Positions 21,302-30,286 of a DNA stretch of 31,095 bases are shown one piece after another (position 1 is the stretch's first letter; each line of letters opens with the position of its first letter). The notes below the pieces were generated by a model. The model was not told the DNA's origin. It did no database searches and worked only from the letters and a program-made list of their open reading frames with translations. This DNA comes from Fonticula alba ATCC 38817 (lineage: Eukaryota; Protista; Nucleariida), in assembly GCA_000388065.2 (NCBI GenBank), contig KB932201.1; one strand, written 5' to 3'. A program made the position numbers and the translations under genes.

Positions 21302-23247
21302 CTAGGGCAGCACGACGCTCACCTTGCCCCCGGGCACAGTCGGCATGGCCCAGTTGTAGAGGTAGAAATTGAGGGTGCCATCGCCAACACCGAAGTCGAG
21401 CTGGGAGAAGAACTCCGAGTTGGTCATGATGTCCAGGCAGTTGAACACATCAAAGCCGGCATTGGACGCCTCGATGAGGGCCCCCCGCACAAGGTCCGCC
21501 ACCGGGGTGGCTGTGGACACGTAGTAGTACAGGTAGGCGGCGTTGAGGGTCCGGTGGACCGGGTGCCCCAGGCACAGAGACGGCAGGCTGTAGAAGGACA
21601 CCATGTCGGTGATGGGCCCAGGGGCACCGCCCGCCGTGGCCGGGGGAGCCTCCACCACGTACGTGTAGACCAGCTTGTCGCGGGGGATCAACGAGTGCGC
21701 CACCTCCTCCTCGGTGAACTCGGCCGTCAGGTTGTACCGAGTGGCCGAGGCATCGGCCCAGAGGGCAGTCACTTGGGGAACATCCTCCGGGCGCATGGGC
21801 CGGAAGTGCGGCAGGGCCACGGTCTTCGGCAGGCGATACTGGCGCAGGATGCTGGACAAAAGCTGAGTGCCCGGGTGGACGAAGCCCACGTCCATCAGCT
21901 TCTGGTAGTTCAGCGGCCGGTGGTAGTAGGACACACTGGAAACCGGCCGAGGGATGCGCACGCCGGCCGTGTAGATGGCCTGGAAGATGCCAGTCTGATG
22001 GACACGGCGAGTAATCTCCTTGATGAGGACCGGGGCCAGGCGCTTGGAGCGGAGCTTCTTGTGGATGCACAGGAAGTTGATGGCCGGCATGCGGTGGGTG
22101 CTGGGATCACGGCCGGGGCTCGGTTAGAAAGGGGAAAGGGGAGAGCCCATCGCACGGGAGGGGAGGGGGGGAGGGGGGAGGAGGGCGTCGTACACTTCAT
22201 TGGTGCGGATGGACATCGGAACACCGGAGATAAATGCAACCAGCCGGCCAGTGTTGATCAGACGAATGCCAACCAGCCATTCGGGGACAAAGCCCGGGGG
22301 CTGCAGAGCCCTGTGAANNNNNNNNNNGGGGGGGAGGGGGGGGGATGCAGGTCAGAAGGGGTGGGCCACCAAATTGTGAAGAGGCAAAACGATCGCACCA
22401 CTGGAGGAACTCGCGCGAGTAGTCGAAGCGGAAATAGGCATCGCCATCCTCAACGTAGTTGCCAGACAGGAGCTCGTAGAGCTCCTTGGACTGCTCATCA
22501 TTGGACATGTCAACATCGCTCCACTGGAAGCCGGCAGGCAGCTTGTAGGGCTCCGGGCGAATCTCCTCGGGAGTCTTGTCCGCCTCGATCGGACCGAAGG
22601 CGGACGGGTCATCTGTGTGCAAATACACGCGGCGGCAGTACCAATTGGGATGACGCGGGAAGAGGTGGGAGCATGGTCAAAGCAAAGAGGGGAAGCGGGT
22701 ATGTCAGCGACAGAAAGGGGGAAGGGGGGGGAGGGGGGGGCGCATCAGGAAGATGAATGGTGGAGGCCCGCCGAGGGGGTCGATGAAGGAGGGAAGGCAG
22801 GCGGCACGCACCGAAGTCCTGGACGGGCTGGGTCTTCCAGAACTTGTGGTCGTCCTTCTTCTCCGGCTTGGCCGGGATGGCCGCCGGCTGCAGGACACTC
22901 AGCAAGTCCTTGATGTCGGCCAGCTGCTGGGTGGCGACATTCTCGACCGTCGCACGAGCGGCCTCCTGCATCTGAGGCGGCAGGTCATTGATGGAAATCG
23001 GGACGCCCTCCTGCTCGGCGATGGAGGTCTGGCCAATCTGGTTGGCAAGTTGGTTCACCTGCAGGCAGGGAGGGGGATATATGTATAGAGAAGGGAGGGA
23101 CGGAGGGAGAGACAGACAGACAGGCAGACAGACAGGGAGAAGGGGGAGGGAAGGAGGAAGGAAGATAAGGAAACGACAGGTCAGGGGACGGAAAGGTGGA
23201 GCAACAAAGAGGGGGAGGGGAGGTAGAAAGGGTCATACGTCGGACAT
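21302..23247 (-). CDS. NMT1: Glycylpeptide N-tetradecanoyltransferase (N-myristoyltransferase), 461 aa, 5 exons
   Basis: Exons 23247-23239 (ATG TCC GAC), 23058-22812, 22612-22399, 22310-22194, 22100-21302. Motifs: [91 protein letters not shown]. Confidence 0.96.
22318..22327. other. Assembly gap (10 N) inside NMT intron 3
   Basis: N run adjacent to a G-rich tract. Confidence 0.99.
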
Positions 23248-24082
23248 CGTTAGGAAGAAAAGAACAGGGTGATGGTCTCTGGGAGGGGAGGTATCTGCCG
23301 GAACATCTGGGCCACCAGTCGGCAGGATGCCAGCAATTCAAGGCTCCCAGCGGGAATGAAAACAACCCGCCGACCGGCAAGGAAAGTAGGCACGTCCATG
23401 CTCGGCTGGGGAAAAGAGAGGATTAATAGTCCGGGAGATATTCGCCAACCCGGAAACCCCCACCCGTCGGGACGGTCTCGAAGCAAAAGCTGGACGGGAG
23501 CCCCCTGGCGGAATAATACACCCCGATCGTGGCAGACATCCTGGGCCCTCTCGCCCAGGTGGTGTGCCCCCCCCCCCCCCCTGTCCTTCCCTGCCTGGCG
23601 ACAAATGCCCGCAGCAATCCGGGCGGGTGCTGTCTGGAGAAGAACCGGGAAGACTGGGCGTTTTCGGGCCTCGTCTCTTCGTGGGGCTCCTGCCTCCTCC
23701 TCCTTCGCCCCCTTGCCGGACCGGGCCTTAATGACCTTGTGCGAGGAGCGGGCCCAACTTGCCGCCAGGCGCTAGCCGGCGATGGTCACACCACGGGCCC
23801 AAGCGGAAGGAGCGATCTTGGATGTGAAGAAGGCGCCAAGTGCCAACGCCCTCACGCTGCTGTCCATCTGATCCGATCATACAGCCCCCCGGTGCTGATC
23901 GAGAATAATGCTATTTCCACCGTCAGATTCACCCTTCTCGCGACTCCTCGACGCTCAACCATCAGCCTGCGGTTTCCAACAGCGCCAACAGCCGCCGTGT
24001 GCGAGGACCACCTCTCCGTGTCTTCGGGCCTGTCCCGGAAATGACTCGCAGGAGGGCCGGGGTCTGCAGCCCCGGGAGCGCG

Positions 24083-24125
24083 CCCCCCCCCCCCCCCCCC
24101 CCCACCCCCCCCCCCCCCCCCCCCC
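24083..24125 (+). repeat. C21-A-C21 homopolymer mirror repeat
   Basis: C at 24083-24103, A at 24104, C at 24105-24125. Confidence 0.85.
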
Positions 24126-24194
24126 AGAGACCCCTCCTGCCCATGCACATTCAGGGATGTCCCGGCCGAGGCAGGGGAGAGGCGTAAGGCGAGT

Positions 24195-24212
24195 CGCGCG
24201 CGCGCGCGCGCG
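24195..24212. repeat. (CG)9 microsatellite
   Basis: Direct reading. Confidence 0.9.
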
Positions 24213-24466
24213 CCTCACCCTGGAAGGAGCCATGCCTCGGACCCGAGGACACTGGAAACTGCAACTGGGGAGCGGAACCGCCTGTGAAGGACTGGGGCGA
24301 GGCCTCGGGACAAGGGCGTACGCACACCCACCTGGGCACGCGATTTACCGGGGCCCCGGACCGGTTTCTAACCAGGCAAGAGGAAGCGTTTCCGCCGCCT
24401 GGCTGTCCGGCCGAGCCACACCCACTGCTGTTGCTCTTGTCGATCCCTCCTTTATCGCTCAACAGT

Positions 24467-24572
24467 GTAAGCCCCCTCCCCCACCTCCTCCCCTCCCTTC
24501 TCTTTGCCTCCGCCTCCCCTTTCCCCCTCCCTCGCTTCCCCTTGCCCCTGCTCCTCCCTCCTCCCCCGCTAG
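24467..24572 (+). other. Probable 5'-UTR intron of NDUFA13
   Basis: A gtaagc donor at 24467 is followed by a long C/T tract and a ccgctag acceptor at 24572. The 106 bp length is typical of introns in this window. Confidence 0.45.
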
Positions 24573-24634
24573 ACACAGAACTGGCGCCTTTCGCCAGCCC
24601 GTGCTCTCCGCCGCCTTCAGTCATCAGAGACACC

Positions 24635-25287
24635 ATGGTCAACTACGTGCAGGATCTTCCCCCTCCCGGCGGCTACTCTGCCCCCAAGCAGTTCTCTGCT
24701 CACCTCCCCCGCCGCGGCCTGTCCAGTGTCACCATGCTTGGCATTTCGGCGGTCGTCATGGCTTTCGGTTTCTATGGTGTCCATGTCCAGCGTACCCGTG
24801 CTCGGTAAGTAGTCTCCACTCCCTGCCCTGTCACCGGCCTTGTCCTGGGTTTTGGCCATGCCCATTCTGACTCCCTCGCCTCCCGCTGACCCCTCCCCGT
24901 GCTCGTTTGCTTTGTCCATCTGATGACCTAGCATCACCGCTGCTGAGGACCGCAACGCCAAGTACTGCATCACTCCCTTCCTGCTTGCCGAGGACCGCCT
25001 GGCGTATGTTCTCCCCCCTCAATCTCTCCCTCGCTGTCATGTGCCTTTCCACAGCACACACGCACACGCGCGCGTACCCGTGCCCTGTCTTCTGTCTCTC
25101 TCCCTCTCTCTCCCATGTCACCCCTTTTCTCACGCACACACCATGCTCCTTCCCACACAGCACCCACTCCAAGCAGACCCTCGTGCGCAACTACACCGAC
25201 AGCCTGATTGCCAACGATGCCAACAAGCCCGCCGGCAAGACCCCGTACTTCGACTCGGAGGAGCTCGCCAAGTCCTTCAGCTCGTAA
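24635..25287 (+). CDS. NDUFA13: NADH dehydrogenase (ubiquinone) 1 alpha subcomplex subunit 13 (GRIM-19/B16.6), 122 aa, 3 exons
   Basis: Exons 24635-24804, 24932-25003, 25161-25287 (phase 2/2). The N-terminal QDLPPPGGY signature, one hydrophobic helix (VTMLGISAVVMAFGFYGV) and ITPFLLAEDR (GRIM-19 consensus L.PLLQAE.DR) are present. The C-terminus may be extended by splicing (see findings). Confidence 0.88.
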
Positions 25288-25574
25288 GGACAGCCAGCCC
25301 GACGCCCTCTCCTCGCCTCTGTCGGCCGCTCTCCCTTGCGCTGAGCCGGCCACAGGAAAACCCCTTCAAATTGACAAGGTCCGTGGCTGGCACACACCCA
25401 GGCCCTCGCCCCTCGCGCCTCCCCTGCGCCAAGCAAGCACTCACCCTGTCTTTCCTCTACTGTGTTCCTCCCCCGCCAACCGGAACGACAGTGTGCTCCT
25501 CTCTGCCTGACTCCGGTCCTTTCCTCTGCCCCTTCGTTGCCACGGAGGAGGAATGGAACATGCGCAGATGTACC

Positions 25575-25622
25575 TATGTGTGTGTGTGTGTGTGTGCGCG
25601 CGCGCGCGCACGCGCGCACACG
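25575..25622. repeat. Compound (TG)n-(CG)n alternating purine-pyrimidine tract, 48 bp
   Basis: tatgtg...tgtgcgcgcgcgcgcgcacgcgcgcacacg. Confidence 0.9.
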
Positions 25623-26859
25623 ACGATATTGTGTTTGTGATGTTTTAGAGCAGCACACTTTCGTATGCGTCTCGGCACATGGCGGTGCGCCCTGTGCAAG
25701 GCGGCCAGGCCATGACACATGCGCACATAGACGCGCACGCTACACCACTCCCTGGGGGGGACGTGCGGGGCGAAGGGAGGACCAACATCAATGCGGCGCA
25801 CGTGCATGATGGTATACATCTGCATGTGTCCCTTTGCCGCCCCTCCCCCCCCCCCCTCTCTGTCTCTCTCCCCTCCACACTCCCCCACCTCTGTGTCCTT
25901 CTCCTTTCAAATCTACTCCTTCAATACAAACACCTCCAAATGTGTTGTCCCCCTGTGTCTCCACTTCTCCCCGGTGTTCTCTTGCCCACCTGCCGCTCTC
26001 CGAAAAGGGTGCTGATGTCGAGAGGAATGCAGGAGATGTGTGTCCCGGGAGAGGCGGCCACCGCTCGCATGCGCACAGCCAATGCAGGGACACGCCCCCC
26101 GGTGTATGGGCCGCGACAGGAGGGCAGGGGAGGGGGCCGGATGCGCGGCTTCCCGGCGGCTGGGAGAGCATAACCTCCATCATGTGACATTCGAATCACC
26201 ATACACATGCCGGTGCTCCCTCGAGACTGGCGCCGGCCCCTTCGAAGGCGGGCCGCCTGATTGTCGCTCCCGGCGCCGGCAGGCCGTCGAAAGGGAGAGG
26301 ACCAAACGTCCGGACACTAGATCCCGAGCGGACGATGAGCGGAGGGAAGGCCGAGATCTCGAGCTAACGTCTCCCCCCTTCCCCGTGCCGCTCCTGGCTG
26401 GTCATCTGCATGCTGCTCGGCGAAACTACCACCCGACACACCTCCCACCGGAGGAATGGCCTGACTGACGATGCATGCCGACCGGGGCCGAGAGCGAGGA
26501 CGATCCCTCCTGGCAGGACCCGGGCAGACGTCGTCCCAGGGGGGGCGGGGGAGCCGGGGGGGGATGAGGCGCGAGAAGCTCAACCGTCCGGCGGGCGTGG
26601 TTCTGTGGCTCGCCTCCGGTCCGATCACCCGTATGGCCTCGAGTCAGGAAACTAATTCCAAGGAAGTAGTGCACAATGGAAAAACAAAAACAAACCCAGG
26701 CCGCCCCTTCAACTGGGGAAGCCAGTGCACCTTCCCTTCGGCCCTCATCTCCGCTCCATATCTTTTCCCTCCTCTCCCTCCCTCTCTGTCTCTCTCCTGC
26801 ATCCTCTGCCACCCTTCTTCCTCTCCCTTCCTCACCCCCTACCTCGCACCTCACGCGTC

Positions 26860-27841
26860 ATGCTATCGTACGAGAATCCCCTCCCCCCCCCCTCCCCTGG
26901 CTCTTTTGCATGCGCCCTGCTCCCCTGTCTAACACTGTTCCCTGCTCAGACTGTCGAGGGCTGCCTCGACGGGCATTCGCCTTGCGCGGCCACATGCCCA
27001 ATGGCAGGTGCCATACATGCGCCAGGGGGCCCTGACGGCTCTCCGTGCTGCCAGCATGTCCTCCACCACCGGCAATACCACAGCGTCGGATGCTTCCCTC
27101 CATGCCGACTCGCCGCCCCTGCGCCGGACGCCCAATCCCTTTACCATCGGCTCGCTTGCCGCAGGGTCCATTCAGCTTGATAACACCACTGACACCCCTT
27201 GGAAGGTGGTCGAGTCGGCATCCTTCTCGCCGGCGGCTCCTGCCCCCGCTGCTACCGCCGCCACTTCTTCGATGGCCTCTCCTTCGGCCACCATCGCACC
27301 TATGCCCACGGCTGCCCATCCTCTGCCCGCAGGCGGCTCTCCCGCGCGGGTCAAGACCGAACTTCCGACCAGCCCCTGGACCACCCTCTACGGCGCGGTC
27401 CCTGCCTCGGCCATTGGCGTGGTTCTTTCGACGGATCCGCGCCCGCGCCAGAAGTCGGCCCTGCGCAAGGCCCTCGAGGTCAGTGAAACCGTGTCGGCCA
27501 TCCCGGCCGGCACGGCGACTGCTGGTACTGGTGCTGGGGCGGGTGCTTCCGGCGCGGCGACTGCTCTTGGTGCTGCTGCTGCCTCGGCCTCCATTCCTTC
27601 GAAGAATCCCGCCACGGGCGCCGGGGCTGTTGCTGCCCCGGCCGTCAAGAAGCCACTCAAGGAGAAGATCAAGGAGGTGTGCCGGCACTACTGGCTGGGT
27701 TCTCGGCAGCTGGCCACCGAGGCCAACATCTCTTGGCGCCTGTTGAAGCGCGTTCTCCGGGGCCATGTTCTCACGCGCCGTGAGCGCCGACAAGTGTGTC
27801 CTATCACTCTCCCCCGGCTCCGCCATCCTATCTTCCTCCCT

Positions 27842-27875
<34 letters not shown>

Positions 27876-30286
27876 CCCCTGGCTGTGGGCTTCCACTGAC
27901 CGCTCCCTTTGTCTCTTTCGCAAGCTCATCCGCACGACCTCAGACATGTTCCGTCTGGTGCCCTTCATCGTCATCCTGGTGGTCCCCTTCATGGAAATTG
28001 CCCTGCCCCTCTTGCTGAAGCTCTTCCCGAATATGCTCCCCTCTACCTTCGAGGACAGTCATCAAGCCGAAGAACGCAAGCACAAGCTGCTGAAGATGCG
28101 TCTCGAGGTGGCCTCCTTCCTGCAGGAGACTGTCGAGAATATGGCCGTTTCCTCGAGTTCCAACAATGATGTGGCCAAGCTGGCGGCCGAGTTTTCCACC
28201 TTCTTTAGCCGCATTCGCAGCACCGGCGAGCAGCCGAGCACTAGCGACATCTTGCGCTTCGCTCGGCTGTTCGAGGATCAGATTACCCTTGATAACCTTC
28301 CCCGTCCGCAACTGGTGGCCATGTGCCGCTTCATGGGCGTCAGCTGTGCGTGACTGCCAAGTGATTTCCTTTCCTCTTTTTTTTTTCACATCGGGGAGAT
28401 AGAGCGAGAGAGAGAGAGAGGTCAACTTTATCTGACCCACCACCCCAAGCTCTCGGAACAACCCCACTGCTGCGCAATCGCCTGCGTCAGAAAATCCGCA
28501 AGTTGAAGGAGGATGACCTGGTATGTAGCCACCATTTGCGTGCCTACGGCTTTGCCTGGGCGTCCCCGCCCCACGTTCTGGGTCTGTTGGCTTTCCTCCT
28601 CTAATTCCTTTGCCAGATGATCGCCACCGAGGGCATTCACACCTTGAACAATATCGAGCTTCAAGCGGTTTGCATTCAGCGCGGCATCCGGACCACTGGT
28701 CAGACGACTGCCCGCCTACGTTCGGAACTCTCCCAGTGGCTTGGTACGTCTTTGGTCTCCTTTCCCTTCACTGCGCCTGAGCCACCCATCTCCCTACCTC
28801 GAACACGTGTATCCGCACGCACGCACATACACACACTCACCCTTCTTTCCCTCTCTCTCTCACACACACACACACACACGAAAGACCTTCATCTCAACCA
28901 GCAGGTCCCGCTTACACTGCTGATCCTCTCGCGGATCTTCTCCATGAGCGACCCGCAGTCCGGACAGAAGGAGACCGCTGAGCAGATGCCCGAGGCCCTG
29001 CGTGCCACCCTTTCCTCGATGCCGGATTCCATCGTGCGCGAAGTCCAAGTGGACATGGACACAGCTGCTGGTCGGACTGTGAGTGCCGAGAAGCTGGCCG
29101 TGCTCCAGACCCAGGAGTACCTCATTTCCAAGGAGCATGCTGAGATGCAGGCCGATCGCGAGGAGGATGCCCGCATCGATGCCGAGGCGAAGGTGTCCGC
29201 CGGCCCGGTGGCCGATGAGGCTCTTTTGATGAATCCGGCCGCCGCGATTGCCATTCCGGCTCCCGCGCCGCCTGCCTCGGCCTCCAAGGTGTCGGATGTG
29301 GCGGCCGCTGTGAAGGCTGCTGTGATCGCGCCGGCCGCTGCCACCGCTGTGGCCCTTGGTGGGGGCGCTGGAGTGGTGCCCCTGACCACGGCCCTGCAGC
29401 CTACCCGGCCGCCGATGACGGCCCAGCAGCGCCACTACTCGGCCAACATGATCATCCTGCTGGGTGATATCCTCTCGCGAGCGGTGGCCCAGTCGCCAGT
29501 CGGCCCGGAGAAGGCGCACCTGGCCGAGCTGATTGAGGATCGCCAGGACTTCCTCGAGGCGGCAGACGTCCTCCGGAAGAAGGCCGATCAGCTGCCGGTC
29601 AAGGAGTCCCCCACGAGTCGCATGCTCAGCCGCCGGGTGGACAGTCTCATCATGAAGATCCGGTCGGAGATCATGCTGGCCGAGGCGGAGACCCTGTCCG
29701 AGCACGATCCGGAGCGTGCCTCCTCCGAGGGGATTAACTTGCCGCGAGAGCACTCGCCGCAGCTGGCCTTCGCCCTGGCCAACATTGAGCTTTTGCACCC
29801 GCCCTTCCGCCTGTTCAGCCTGGAGGAAGGCAGCGAGATTTCTTCGGTCGACTTGCGTAACCTCCTGTCTCTGATTCATCGCCGCAGCCAGGCGGCCGGC
29901 GTGTCGTCCAGCCCGGAGGGGATCGACCGCTCCGGTCTGGATCCGGCTTCGGAGAAGGACCTGAACCTGGTCCTGCAGCTGCTGCTGCGCTTCGACACCA
30001 ACGGTGATGGATTCATCCCGGTGGCGGAGATTATTGCCTATGCCGACGAGCTGGAAGAGTCCGCCCGTGATGTGCGTGCTCCCCTCATCTGCCCATCCCT
30101 TTGCCGGGTGTTTGCCCACTCCCCGATGACTGACGCACCGTGCCTTCTCTTGCTCCCATCCTTTCTTTTTCCTCCTCCCCCCCCCCCCCCACTCCATTTG
30201 ATGCCCGTGCCCTGGTCTCTCTCGACACACAGGGTGTTTCGGCCGATCTGGTTGTTGAGCCTCCGGTCCCCCGTACCAGTCACTGA
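26860..30286 (+). CDS. LETM1: LETM1/MDM38 family mitochondrial inner-membrane protein with C-terminal EF-hand, 903 aa, 7 exons
   Basis: Exons 26860-26867, 26950-27793, 27925-28345, 28450-28520, 28617-28743, 28885-30071, 30233-30286. Features: Arg/Ser/Ala-rich presequence-like N-terminus (MLSLSRAASTGIRLARPHAQW), [125 protein letters not shown], EF loop DTNGDGFIPVAE. First and last micro-exons are less certain. Confidence 0.93.

Larger units (their letters stand above)
23248..24634. promoter_or_regulatory. Putative bidirectional promoter region between head-to-head NMT and NDUFA13 (includes their 5' UTRs)
   Basis: The start codons at 23247 (minus) and 24635 (plus) are divergent and 1.39 kb apart with no convincing ORF between them. 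The region contains C21-A-C21 and (CG)9. Regulatory function is inferred from geometry only. Confidence 0.5.

Noticed and set aside
21242-22756. 504-aa plus-strand ORF
   Set aside because: Antisense shadow of NMT that also crosses an N gap.
16171-23247. Operon or polycistron of four co-oriented minus-strand genes
   Set aside because: Spacers of 0.65-1.1 kb with their own pyrimidine-rich leaders are compatible with independent transcription. No trans-splicing signal could be shown.
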